This document shows positions 1 to 11,400 of a stretch of 64,000 nt of DNA, piece after piece; position 1 is the stretch's first letter, and the number at the start of each line of letters is the position of its first letter. The position numbers were made by a program, and so were the translations under genes. The DNA is from a virus, in IMG/VR virus record IMGVR_UViG_3300043411_002463, positions 22,751 through 86,750 of that record, one strand, 5' to 3'. Under the pieces are notes generated by a model. That model was not told where the DNA came from. It was given only the letters and a program-made list of their open reading frames with translations, and searched no databases.

Positions 1-2067
1 AATTTGCTTGGTTTAGAAGTTTTTGCAGACAGTCAAGGACACATAAATGCTCGACCGCCCGCTTACAACAAAATACCAAGCAGTGTTTTATTAGAACTGC
101 TACAATCAAAGCAGTCACAAAATATTTCTATCTTTCCAGAATATTTACAATCATTATTCTTTAATCAAATAAAAGGAGTGACTGATAAAATAGAAATACT
201 TGAAGACCAAATTCGTTTACGAGCAGCTTTATTAGGCGCAACAAATGATGCTTCAGCTATTGATAAATTAAAAGGTTCAACAGGAAATTCATCAAACTTT
301 ACATTTTTAACAGAAGAATTAGATGGCAGAATTAAAGCTTCGGGTATTGGCTCATTAACTTTACAAGCTAATCCTGATTTTCTTGAAGAATCAAATAGAA
401 AATCTTTAGATGAACTTTCTAATATATTAAACAATTCAGTAAATAATTCTATTAATTTTGATATTGTACAAAAAGCTAATATTGTTAATTCATATACTTC
501 ATCAGTAAGTTCAGGAGAACGAGTTAATGTTATTGCTGCTAGATTAAAAAAGAAGGGTTATAATGATTCTTTAATTTCTGACATAGAAAATTTGTTCAGC
601 ACTGCTCAGGTTCAGTCAGATAAATTAAAAATATCAAATCAATTAGCTTCATTATTAAGCGAAAGATTTTATTTAATTAAATTACTAAACAATTCTGTAA
701 AGAATTTACAACAAGGAATTGATGTAAATTCAGCTAAAGATTCGTTGGTTCAACCTCTGTATAACAACAAAAATTTTCCAGAAATCCTTTATCATATGAT
801 AGAGGATGAGGCAGTTGATGATTTAGGAGAAAATTCAGGCAAGCGCTATATTATTAGAGATGTTGATATTTATTCATATAGAATCGTTGAAAAAGCACCA
901 CCATTTACCTTAGTTCAAGTCAATGGTAGTTTAAGTAATAATTTAGTTCAAACACCTTCAGGATTAGATGTTGGTACTAACGGAAACTTTTTAACAAGTG
1001 CTTTTGCTGTTGATTATAGCATGTGGCGTCAATATGGATTTAAAGGACAAAATTCTGTAGATGTTCCATTCTTTACAGATCCAGCAGCCCAATGTGCCCC
1101 TTATGCACATTGGTTACTAAACCAATCTAGAAAAAACATTCTTAATATAGAAATGGAAATGCGTGGTAATGAATTTATCCAAGCTGGAGAAGTTTATTAT
1201 TTAGAAAGTGAAGATTTATTAGGTTATGCTGAAAGTGTAAGACATTCATATTCTTATAATGGAACATTTACTACTAGTTTAACCTTAACATATGTTAGAA
1301 AACCTGGTGAATTTATACCTACAATGTTAGATATTATAGGCAAAGGCTTATATGCTACACAAAACCAATCAGATTTAATTAAAAATAATAGAAATAACTC
1401 TGCAGTAAATGAAAGTTCATTAGGTGCAGTAATTAATTATTCTCCTCAAATTTTAACTTCAGAAGATTCAGAAACAAGTGAGCAAAATATTTTTAAGACT
1501 TCTTTTGCTGATTCTAATAGAAAAAATCTAGCTAATATTAAAGCAACTGCTGCTGGATTGTTGCAACCAACCAAGTATGGAGATTCTTTTAAAATAGAAG
1601 CAAGGATTTATTATAATTCTGAAGAAGGTTTTTCATCTGCAAGTACTAGCTTGGTAACTTTTGCAGAAAGTGTTAAACAATTATTATTAAATCCAATGAA
1701 AAATATTTCAAACAATCAAGGCAATGTAACTATTTCAGATAACGATCAAGAAAATTCTTTTAATATTAAAGCAGATGATATAGAAATAGTACAAATAGAT
1801 TTGGGTAAAACTGAAGAATATCGTTCGCCATCTGTTGAAGCTTGGTCGACAGCAAGAAGGTTAGTGGCAGTAGATTCGGCTCAAATATTAGAGCGTGCTA
1901 ATTTGTTTAATTATATTTTAGATTTTTGGGTCGTATCAAAAGATAATAATATTGCAACATCTTTCGGAACAACTTCAGACAAATCAACCAACTTAAATCA
2001 AGCAGAACAATTAGAAAAAGATAAATATCTAAAAGCATTTAATAAAAGTTTAGGAATTGGTCAATGA
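1..2067 (+). CDS. Baseplate hub protein (gp27/GpD-like), 5'-truncated by the window
   Basis: Frame is open from base 1. Segment NILNIEMEMRGNEFIQAGEVYYL...YAESVRHSYSYNGTFTTSLTLTYVR resembles the C-terminal barrel of phage hub proteins. Lies directly upstream of the spike-like gene. Confidence 0.6.
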   Translation, partial: NLLGLEVFADSQGHINARPPAYNKIPSSVLLELLQSKQSQNISIFPEYLQSLFFNQIKGVTDKIEILEDQIRLRAALLGATNDASAIDKLKGSTGNSSNFTFLTEELDGRIKASGIGSLTLQANPDFLEESNRKSLDELSNILNNSVNNSINFDIVQKANIVNSYTSSVSSGERVNVIAARLKKKGYNDSLISDIENLFSTAQVQSDKLKISNQLASLLSERFYLIKLLNNSVKNLQQGIDVNSAKDSLVQPLYNNKNFPEILYHMIEDEAVDDLGENSGKRYIIRDVDIYSYRIVEKAPPFTLVQVNGSLSNNLVQTPSGLDVGTNGNFLTSAFAVDYSMWRQYGFKGQNSVDVPFFTDPAAQCAPYAHWLLNQSRKNILNIEMEMRGNEFIQAGEVYYLESEDLLGYAESVRHSYSYNGTFTTSLTLTYVRKPGEFIPTMLDIIGKGLYATQNQSDLIKNNRNNSAVNESSLGAVINYSPQILTSEDSETSEQNIFKTSFADSNRKNLANIKATAAGLLQPTKYGDSFKIEARIYYNSEEGFSSASTSLVTFAESVKQLLLNPMKNISNNQGNVTISDNDQENSFNIKADDIEIVQIDLGKTEEYRSPSVEAWSTARRLVAVDSAQILERANLFNYILDFWVVSKDNNIATSFGTTSDKSTNLNQAEQLEKDKYLKAFNKSLGIGQ

Positions 2068-4049
2068 GTGAAATGAGAACTGGTGTAAAAGCTGGAGTAC
2101 CTGTAAATGCCACTATAAGAAAATATAATGGTGATGGAACTGTATCATTATCAATAGATACCATTTCTTTAGGATTACCAAATTATGATATAGTTGCACC
2201 ATTACCAACAGCCTGGCTTGGTAATAATGCATTTTTAGCTGGTTATCCAGATGAAGGCACTACAGTTAAAATTATTCAAGGACATGGTGGTTCATGGACA
2301 ATTATTCAAGCATCTGGCTCCAATCAATTTATTAATGATTCAGATTTCGTTAAAAATACATTAGTAGGCAAAGTAAAAGATGGAAGTAAGTTTGTTTTAT
2401 CACCTAAAAGTGGAATATTTTTAGGTAAAGACAAAAACAACATCAAATTAAATCCAAATCAAGAATTATTAACAATAAATGTAGATTCAGAGTATACATT
2501 TACTAATTCACAAAGAAAAATATCTGGAAATATTAAAAGAGATTTAAGAGATACATCAAATAGAAATTTATTAACAATAGATTTAGATAATCATAAATAT
2601 GAATCTAATTTATTTGAAATATGTTTAGATCCGTCTTTAACTGCAAGTCATAGTACTGTTTTTGGTAATATAAGAAATTTACCACTTACAGAAACTAGAG
2701 AAATAGTATATGAATATTCAAATGATTATGATTTTATATCATTTAATGATGAATTAAATAGATACAAAGATACAAATTTTGTAAATGAAACAGAAAATTC
2801 TAGAAGAAAAAGTAGAACTGATGTTTTATCATTAAACTTAGAATATCCAAATTATTTAATTGAAAGTATTAAAGGTACAGTTGTAGATTTATTTGGAAAT
2901 ATATTGGATATTAATAAGAATATTCTTCCAATTGGTAAAGTGCCAGATTTATCATTGAAAGATTCTAAAAACGTAGAAAAAAACTATATTAATATTCAAA
3001 AAGAATTTAGAAAGAGTATAGCTTTTCATTGGGAAATGAATGCTAGAAAAGAATTAGGTGAAGAGCTTTTGCCTCCTAATCCAGATTTAAATTCAGATTA
3101 TTCTAGAAATAGAAGTAAGTTTGCCTTTACTATTGATAAAGAAGGTCAAATTAAATGGAATATACCAGCTTCTTCTGAAACAGGAAACATAGGTCTTTTA
3201 GTACGTGATGAAAATTATTCAACATTATTAAGTAAACAAAATTCTAATTTCAATCCAAATGATTTTGTTAAACCAGATGATTTTGTTGATATTTATTTGG
3301 ATAGTTTTGCTTCAAAATCTAGTATATTATTAAAATCAAATGATAATTTAGATGGTTATCAATCACCAACAGATAGAATTACTGGAAATGTAATTAAATT
3401 AGGAACAGCTTTTCATGATATTACTAAAGTAGTTTCTTCTTTTCAAAAAACTGCCCCATATTTGCAATCAAATATGAAATTAATTGATTTTGATCAAAAT
3501 AATAGACTAAATAAAACTTGGGTGCCTTTAGATAAGATAATTTCTGATACGATAATAGTTTCTGGAGAAGGAGCAAATGGTGGTGGAAGATCTGGAACAA
3601 TTTCTGCTGATGGTCACTTTTCAGTTTCTGTTGGAGCTAATACTATTGATCGACAATCTTTATTTATTGATTGTGCAGGTGGTGTTGTAGCTTCATACGG
3701 AAGAGATAAACAAGGTATCTCTATGGCTGCAAGCTATGATGGAGATGTTTATATGGAAATTGGCGGTACTGGTATTGGAAATTCTTATGATTCTAGATTT
3801 GCAAATCTAAATGATGCTTATAGAAATGGTTCTTTAGATATTAGAGTTCATATGAATGGTCAATTAGCTATATTAAAAATTGGACCAAATGGTATTGATA
3901 TAGTATCACCAGGTACTATGACATTTTCAAGTCAACAAGATATGATTTTTAGAAGTAATTCAAACTTATTGTTTGAAGGTGAAAATATTGTAATGCATGC
4001 TGAAACAACTAAGAGAATTGTTAATAAATACCCAAACAATACTATTTAA
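2064..4049 (+). CDS. Baseplate central spike protein (gp5/gpV-like)
   Basis: N-terminal OB-fold-like pattern (ATIRKYNGDGTVSL...PLP...AGYPDEGTTVKII) and C-terminal beta-helix-like repeats (LKIGPNGIDIVSPGTMTFSSQQDMIFRS). ATGA overlap with the hub gene. Confidence 0.6.
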   Translation: MSEMRTGVKAGVPVNATIRKYNGDGTVSLSIDTISLGLPNYDIVAPLPTAWLGNNAFLAGYPDEGTTVKIIQGHGGSWTIIQASGSNQFINDSDFVKNTLVGKVKDGSKFVLSPKSGIFLGKDKNNIKLNPNQELLTINVDSEYTFTNSQRKISGNIKRDLRDTSNRNLLTIDLDNHKYESNLFEICLDPSLTASHSTVFGNIRNLPLTETREIVYEYSNDYDFISFNDELNRYKDTNFVNETENSRRKSRTDVLSLNLEYPNYLIESIKGTVVDLFGNILDINKNILPIGKVPDLSLKDSKNVEKNYINIQKEFRKSIAFHWEMNARKELGEELLPPNPDLNSDYSRNRSKFAFTIDKEGQIKWNIPASSETGNIGLLVRDENYSTLLSKQNSNFNPNDFVKPDDFVDIYLDSFASKSSILLKSNDNLDGYQSPTDRITGNVIKLGTAFHDITKVVSSFQKTAPYLQSNMKLIDFDQNNRLNKTWVPLDKIISDTIIVSGEGANGGGRSGTISADGHFSVSVGANTIDRQSLFIDCAGGVVASYGRDKQGISMAASYDGDVYMEIGGTGIGNSYDSRFANLNDAYRNGSLDIRVHMNGQLAILKIGPNGIDIVSPGTMTFSSQQDMIFRSNSNLLFEGENIVMHAETTKRIVNKYPNNTI

Positions 4050-4063
4050 TAGATATACAATAA

Positions 4064-6166
4064 ATGCCTTGTACTCCTAATGATAATCAAATTAATGTCA
4101 CTCCAGGACCACCACCAACGGTTCCTGGTTTTGGCACAGTATCATCACCAGTACAAATACCAAATCCTGGGTTTGATTTACCATCTGAATTATTAGAAGA
4201 TTTTAATTCATTAATTTCTAGATTAAGTGCTATTTTTCCTAGCGGAATATTTAAACCTAATCCTGATTTTTCCATGAAGACAGTTTATGATTTTTTATCT
4301 GGAGTATTAACACAAATTGCTCCATTTTTAAGTTTGTATAATTTCTTTTTGGCTCTATTAAGAATTATTAAATGTATTATTGATATTTTATGTGCTATTC
4401 CAAATGTTTTTGCAGTCTCGCAAAAATTAGTAGTTTTATTTAAAGAATGTTTACCACCATTTTTGAATTTATATCCAGCTTTTGCTTTAGCAATAATGAT
4501 CATTTCTTTATTATTATTAATTCTTGCCTTAATTGAATATTTAATATCAACGATTTTTGCTATCATAGATTCTATTCTTAAAAATTTAGAAATATTTGAA
4601 AAAGCATCAACTCTAAATGATGCTCAAGGAACGTTAGCCGCCATTAACAAAATAGCTTCTTTGTTATGTTTTATTCAAAATTTAATGGCAATATTTGTTG
4701 CCTTTAGTGCCATAACATCTATTATTGAATCAATTGCTAAGTTTGCTGGTGTGGTATTTTGTGATGATTCAGATGAAGATGGTTGTTGTCCACCAACCTT
4801 ATGCCCACCATTTATTAAAAACACTCCAAACGGAATTACAGTTACCAATGGTAGGTTAGTTTATCTAAAAGAGATTTCTGCTGATTTAGCTTCTGAATTA
4901 TCTCCTGCCTTAGCTGCTGTTATTAAAATACCACCAGTTAGACAAGAACGCTGGCAAGTTTATGCAAGAGATTTATTGCCTGAATATACAATTGATAAAA
5001 TAATTACCCCAACCATTCCAGTATTTGGTACAAACTTTTGGGCAGATGCAGCAGTAATTACTAACAAAACTCCACCAAAACGTGCTCCATATACCGTCGA
5101 TGTTACACTTACAGCAAATCCAAAATTGTTAGGATTTTTAACTGATACAAAAGGTTCAAGAAAATTTATTATTAAAGATTGCATTGTAATAGAAGAACCA
5201 TTGAATGGTTATTTTGATTTCCAAAATGAAGAAACTAGTAATGTTAATGGAAGTTTAAGTATTGCTGGTGGTTTGGTATATGAAGAAGATGGAACTTCTT
5301 ATTTAATAAGTGGAAAGCAAGCTACATTAGAAACCTTTATTCACCAAGAAAAATCCACAGCAAATTCTGTTCCAGCATCAAGTGATAATGATGAAATCTT
5401 TTATGATATTTCGTTTGTTTGGAAGCCAAATAACCCAGCATTAGCAGGTTTTAATATTACTACTGCTGGTTGTACACCCGAAGTTTCTGTGGAGCGTGCT
5501 GTAATTAATTCTATTTTAACTACAGAAGGTATACAACCTTGGGAATTAAGATTACCTAATGTACCTGCTGGTGTAAAAGTTCCTTCTATTAACTTTTTGC
5601 CAAACATAAGCGGTACACAGGCTTGTATAGAAAATGCACTTGGTATCTTTAGAAAAAATGTTTCAGCACAAGGTGCTGCAGAATTCCAAGCTTCAGTCAC
5701 TGTTTGTTTAAATGATCTTAAAAATCAGACATCAGCTTCATTGTGTGCAACCTTATTGGCAGCCATTAGTCAATTTAAATCTACGTTTGATTTAGATACA
5801 GATTTACAATTTACTAATAAAAACATAGAGGTGTCTTTAACTTTGAAAGATGCATCTGGTACAGAGTTAACAAATAATATACCAGAGACATGTGCAAAAC
5901 AAATTGAAGAAAAATTAACTACAGAAATAACTTTTGGAAAAATTTCTGCCTTTAAATATGATGGTAGCAAATTATTTAAAGCAAATATAAGTTCAGATTC
6001 TGCAGGCTCCGGTAATATAAGGGTTTTGTATGACAATAAAGTCTTATCAGCATTATCAACAAATTCTGATAATCAAACCGTAATAGAAGAATATTCTTTG
6101 GATTATACATTCGTTGATTCAACAATTTCTTCACCAGTACGTCGTGATGAGACTGATTTAGGATAA
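4064..6166 (+). CDS. Virion/baseplate-associated protein with hydrophobic helices, Cys cluster and C-terminal Ig-like region
   Basis: Long hydrophobic stretch (FALAIMIISLLLLILALIEYLI), CDDSDEDGCCPPTLCP, and a beta-rich C-terminus (IEVSLTLKDASG...FKANISSDSAGSGNIRV). Lies inside the baseplate operon. Confidence 0.45.
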   Translation: MPCTPNDNQINVTPGPPPTVPGFGTVSSPVQIPNPGFDLPSELLEDFNSLISRLSAIFPSGIFKPNPDFSMKTVYDFLSGVLTQIAPFLSLYNFFLALLRIIKCIIDILCAIPNVFAVSQKLVVLFKECLPPFLNLYPAFALAIMIISLLLLILALIEYLISTIFAIIDSILKNLEIFEKASTLNDAQGTLAAINKIASLLCFIQNLMAIFVAFSAITSIIESIAKFAGVVFCDDSDEDGCCPPTLCPPFIKNTPNGITVTNGRLVYLKEISADLASELSPALAAVIKIPPVRQERWQVYARDLLPEYTIDKIITPTIPVFGTNFWADAAVITNKTPPKRAPYTVDVTLTANPKLLGFLTDTKGSRKFIIKDCIVIEEPLNGYFDFQNEETSNVNGSLSIAGGLVYEEDGTSYLISGKQATLETFIHQEKSTANSVPASSDNDEIFYDISFVWKPNNPALAGFNITTAGCTPEVSVERAVINSILTTEGIQPWELRLPNVPAGVKVPSINFLPNISGTQACIENALGIFRKNVSAQGAAEFQASVTVCLNDLKNQTSASLCATLLAAISQFKSTFDLDTDLQFTNKNIEVSLTLKDASGTELTNNIPETCAKQIEEKLTTEITFGKISAFKYDGSKLFKANISSDSAGSGNIRVLYDNKVLSALSTNSDNQTVIEEYSLDYTFVDSTISSPVRRDETDLG

Positions 6167-6167
6167 T

Positions 6168-7916
6168 ATGGTAGCCGATCTTGCAGCCGATAATAATTTT
6201 GAAGATTTGCAAACAGTTGATTCTGACATTGAGTCATTGTTTAAAAAATATATAGAGCCTATTGATCAACTAAGATCATATGCTAGACCAATTTTATCCG
6301 CAGATATAAGTAATACTAAAACTTTTGAAGATGTGTTATTGGAAGATTCTAAAAATTTAGAATCAAGCACTACAATTCCAATGGAAAGTAGAAGACATTG
6401 TTTTTATAGAATGTTGGGTTTGCCAGTATTGGATTCGCAAGGAAGGTTTTATAATCCTGGTTTTCCATTAAACTTAAATGTTAAAAGTCATAATGAAATA
6501 AACTCAGATATTTTTAAGAATTTAAAAGAATTACAATCATTTGTTTATTTGAATGAAAGAGAAATATTTGAAAATAAAAATGTTTATATAAACAAATCTA
6601 ATTATTTAGAAAATATTATAAGTAATGTTTTATATTCTTATGTAGGAAAATTTACTACATTTAAATTGTCAGAATCAGTTTATGATATTGATCAACAATC
6701 AAGTTTGATAAAAGAAAGAGAAGAAAAGGGTAATTTTTACGCCAAGTTAAATGGTGAATTAGAATTTGATAAAGAAATGTTAGATTTAGTTCAAAAATAT
6801 AAAACACAAAAACACGTGATTGTTCCTTTAATGGTAGATCCTAGATTAGTTAATACTGTTACACCAGATAATAATTTAGTTTGCATACCATTCTTAAAAG
6901 ATAAATCGCAAACAAAAATTAATAACTCAACTGAGCTATTAAGACCAGGATTGGAATTAATTATCAGACAAAGACTTGAAGATTATAAATTAGATAGTAA
7001 TTATTTGAAAACATTATCAAATATTTTGGTTGGAACGCCCCAGTCTTCTTATATTTCAGATGATGATTATCTTACTTTAAAAGCTACAGTAAGTGCATTT
7101 TATGATTTTTCAGCCAATGCTCAAGTATCAAAAATGTTACAAAAAATGTCGGCTACGGGAAATACTGGCGATGAAGAACTTCAAAATATTACAAACTTTC
7201 AATTTAAAACAGTAAATAAATTAATTAAAACATTAAAAGCATGTGTAAAAGATTTACAACAATCAATTTTATATATTGAAAAATTAAAAAGCAATATTAA
7301 TTGGGCACCACAAACCGGAGTAGACGGACCAAGTTCAAAAATAGATAATAAATTAAATTCTTTTATTAATATTTCTAGTAATAAATTAAATAATTCTTTA
7401 AAAGAATTGAAAATTAAAAAAGTTAGTGCAGAATTTAGGCAAAAGAATTTTGAAGATTTGGGTAGTTTTGCTTCTCCTTTTCATGATAATGATTTCTCAG
7501 AAAATATTAATTTTTATGATGATCAAATAAAAGATGTTAATAAAAAAATAGAACATTATTCTTCTTTGGGTTTTTCTGCATTGCGTAATATAGAATTAAT
7601 TACAGGTCAAGTTTCTGGATTTGGTCTTGTTGATGTATTGGCAATATACACTGCATTATGGTCAATTGATTTAAATGTATTAATTTCTTTATTGGATGAT
7701 AGTGCTTTTGAAAGATTGTATAATTACAATACAAACTATCAAGGAAACCAAGCAGTTTCATTTAGAAAAAACAATGGGTCAAAATACACTGGTGATAAAG
7801 CGATATCTTTATTGACGGAGAAATTATTTCAAACATTATCGTTTGTTGATTTTTATATGGATCATTTTGTTAAAAATTCTCCAGCTAATATAAATTCAAA
7901 TAATTTTGAAGGATAA
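6168..7916 (+). CDS. Hypothetical protein (probably structural)
   Basis: 582-aa ORF tightly packed between baseplate genes; no recognisable motif. Confidence 0.5.
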   Translation: MVADLAADNNFEDLQTVDSDIESLFKKYIEPIDQLRSYARPILSADISNTKTFEDVLLEDSKNLESSTTIPMESRRHCFYRMLGLPVLDSQGRFYNPGFPLNLNVKSHNEINSDIFKNLKELQSFVYLNEREIFENKNVYINKSNYLENIISNVLYSYVGKFTTFKLSESVYDIDQQSSLIKEREEKGNFYAKLNGELEFDKEMLDLVQKYKTQKHVIVPLMVDPRLVNTVTPDNNLVCIPFLKDKSQTKINNSTELLRPGLELIIRQRLEDYKLDSNYLKTLSNILVGTPQSSYISDDDYLTLKATVSAFYDFSANAQVSKMLQKMSATGNTGDEELQNITNFQFKTVNKLIKTLKACVKDLQQSILYIEKLKSNINWAPQTGVDGPSSKIDNKLNSFINISSNKLNNSLKELKIKKVSAEFRQKNFEDLGSFASPFHDNDFSENINFYDDQIKDVNKKIEHYSSLGFSALRNIELITGQVSGFGLVDVLAIYTALWSIDLNVLISLLDDSAFERLYNYNTNYQGNQAVSFRKNNGSKYTGDKAISLLTEKLFQTLSFVDFYMDHFVKNSPANINSNNFEG

Positions 7917-7917
7917 T

Positions 7918-8358
7918 ATGTCATATGATTTTAAAATAGAAAATGGTGATTGGCAAATTTCTTCAAGTGGAGATATTGAAAAAGTTGAAGATGAAAATAA
8001 GCTTATTCAAGATATTTTAAAGATTTGCATTTCAAAAAGAGGATCTAATAAGAATGCACCTTATTATGGAACTGTTTTAGGAGATATAGTTGGTTCTATA
8101 CCAGATAGACAATTTACTGAAACTTATGCTACTAATCAATTACAAGACGCATTGAAAATATTACAAAAATTGCAGCAATTACAAGAAACAACTCAGTTTG
8201 TTTCATTAAAAGAATCTTTAGCAGCTGTTAAAGAAGCTAGGGTTGTACAATCATTAACCGATCCAAGATTTTATGGTGTAAGAATAAAAGTATTAAATAA
8301 AAGCTTTTCTGAAGTTCAAACTGGGTTTGATATTAACCAGTCAGCTATTAATAAATAA
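7918..8358 (+). CDS. Baseplate wedge protein, gp25/GpW-like
   Basis: MSYDFKIENGD...KLIQDILKICISKRGS...PYYGT matches the gp25-like pattern. ATG at 7918 follows the upstream TAA and is preferred to the TTG at 7906. Confidence 0.75.
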   Translation: MSYDFKIENGDWQISSSGDIEKVEDENKLIQDILKICISKRGSNKNAPYYGTVLGDIVGSIPDRQFTETYATNQLQDALKILQKLQQLQETTQFVSLKESLAAVKEARVVQSLTDPRFYGVRIKVLNKSFSEVQTGFDINQSAINK

Positions 8359-8412
8359 TTTATATTGAGCATATTTTGCTATATTATTAGCTTTTAAAAT
8401 AGGGTAAAATTA

Positions 8413-11400
8413 ATGGCAAAAATTCGTTCAACCAGTGAAATAATAAGAGATTTTTTAGATTTTTATAGAGTTGCACAACCTGCACTAGATGTTAAACCAG
8501 GTAGTTCAGCTCGTGATGTATTGGTTGATGGACCATCTACTCAATTAGGAGTTTGCTATGACGAACTATCTAAGCTAAAAACAAACCTATCTCCAGTAAC
8601 CTCTTATGGTCAAAATTTTGAAAACTGGGCAAAAAACTTTGGAATAACAAAACCAACTGGTAAAAAAGCAACAGGCTTTGCTTTATTATTATTTAACAAT
8701 ATTGAAACAGACATTGCATTAAGAGCGGGGGATTTAGTTTATGCTAAAAACGGTTCATCATTTATTATTAAAAATTCTTTAGTATTAACTTCAACCAAAG
8801 AATCATATTATAAGTCAATAGTTAATAAATATAAATCAGATCTTGATACTCTCGGTTTTACAGAAATTTATGGAATTGAAGTTTTGGTTGAAGCTACTGC
8901 CACTGGAACTCAAGGTAATATTTCAAGATTTTCATTAAAAAGCACTAATATTACTGGAATTAATAGCATTACCAACGTATCACCTTTTTCTAATGGTAGT
9001 TCTGCTGCTTCTGATGCTAGTTTTAAAAACTATTTTATGGCATCATTTAATGGAAGCGTTTCTGGTACATCAGTTGGATATACAAATAAAGTTAAAGAAA
9101 ATTCAGCAGTTATTGACGTTGTTTCAGTTGAAAGTGGCGATGATTTGATGACAAGAGATGGTACTATAGTTTCTGTTGCAGAAAACGGCACAAGAACTAT
9201 TGTTTCAGATGGAACTGGTGGCAAAACTGATATTATTGTTTTAGGAGCAACCCTTCAACAAGGTACAGATTCTTATATTTACAAAGACAAATCAAACCAA
9301 GACGATCCAACTAATTCAAAAAATGATTATGTATTGGGACAAATATCAGGTGATGAAAACAAAACTTTCAATAAAAAAAGAAAAGATAATGTTAAGAAAG
9401 GAATTGTACCAAACCAGCCTGTATATAATTTGGTTTCTTTATCTGGCTCTTTATCTGGAAGTAATTTTAAAGAAAAAACAACAGATAATTTGGGAAGAGT
9501 ATCTGGAAATTATGAATTAGTTAAAGACACTGGTAGTTTTGCAGATTCAGTCTGGGGTTTTGATAAAATACATTTCATATCTAATAAAATATCAGATTTA
9601 CCAGAAGATAAAACTAAAGAGACATTTAATGGACAAGATCCATTAGGTTATACTGATTTGCTTGAAGTTAAAAAAATAACACAAAATATAGTTATTACAA
9701 ATGAAAATTCTCAAGTTCAATCAACTGATAAATCATACATTCAACTAAATCATTTTCCAGTATCTTCCGTAACTAGAGTTTTTAACGTTACAACTGGAGA
9801 AAGATACGTAGTAACTAGTCAAAATCCAGATGGCTCGGGTGAATTAAACGAAACTGGTAGAATAAAAATATCAGGTAAATCATTACCTGCCGTTAGTGAT
9901 ATTTTGCAAGTAGATTATGTTTGGAATTATTCATTTGACCCATATTGGGATTGTGATAATATTGTATTTTCAGATAATTATAGAGATGTAACTGATTCTA
10001 TTGATTGGGGTTATTCTAATTTAGTTAGAAGAGAATTATCTGTGCTTTCGACTTCAGGAAGTTATTTAAACGCCTCTGTTACACACAATATTTCTTCTGT
10101 AATTAAAGTTAATGTATTTTCTTCTGAAGAAACAACTGTAACATTAGTTTCTAATAGAAAAGCAATTGTATTGTCAAATACAATTTCAAACATAGAATCA
10201 GTTCAAAAAATTTCTAATAAATCAGAATTATGGAATACTATAAAAGATGATGGTACATTATCTGGGTTAACGGCTTATTTGCCTTCTGATACTATTGCTG
10301 AAGTTGGAGATGCTGTATCTGTTATTTATAATGCAACTGATGTATATGGAACTACAGGAACAGTATCAAACAATACAATAAACATTGTACCATCCGATTA
10401 TGCTACAGCAGGAACTTTAGTAGAATGTACCTATCTTGCTAATATAAATACTTTGTTACCAGCTACATCTTTAAGTAATTTACCAGTTATAAGAAATAAT
10501 AATCAATTTACATTAAATAATTTGGCAGTTTTGGGAAACCAACCAACAAGTCACTTATATGAAGATTCAATTGTTGTTAAAAACTTAAGATTAGCACCAT
10601 CTCATTTATTGTTGAATTTATTGGGTGCCGTATCAACTGGAGTTTTGACTGTAACTGGTACTTCTATTAAAAAAATAGAAAATGTCGTATTTACAGCTAG
10701 TAAAAATGGTTTAACTCAAGATTTATCTGCTGCCATTAAAAAATCTTTAGGTTTAACTAGTATAGAATCAATTTCTTCTAATATAAAAGTTTGTAGATTA
10801 GTTAAATTAGAAAAAATTAAAGCCAGTTCTGTCAGCGAATATATTTCTACAATTAATTCTTTTGATATTAAAGGTTATTATTTATTAGACAATACATTTA
10901 CTAAAAACGAAGCTGTTTATGATGTTAATTTAAGTAAAACACAAATAACACTACCATCAACGGAAAATAATATTGATAATACAATTTCAATTGGTGATAA
11001 GTTATTGGTAACTTGTTATATTTCTGAAGATTCAAGCTCAGAAAACATATATTTTAGCAAATCAGGAAGTATTTATACAAACAAAAAATATTTAACAATT
11101 GATAGTATCACTATTTCAAGCGGATTCAATTCTTCAAATGCATTAAATTCAGTGTTAACCATTAGTAACTTTAATCAACCATTAACTAAAAGCAGATATA
11201 AAGTTTATTACGATTATTTAGCACCAAAAACAAATGAAAGAATAACAATAAATTATAACTATAATAAATTAATTGGTGATTCACAATTAAACTTAGAAAA
11301 AACAATTCATTTAAATGATGATATATTAATTAAACAATGTGAAAATATTTTAGTAGATGTAACCATGAAGATTGTTATAGATGCAGATAGTTTAAACTTC

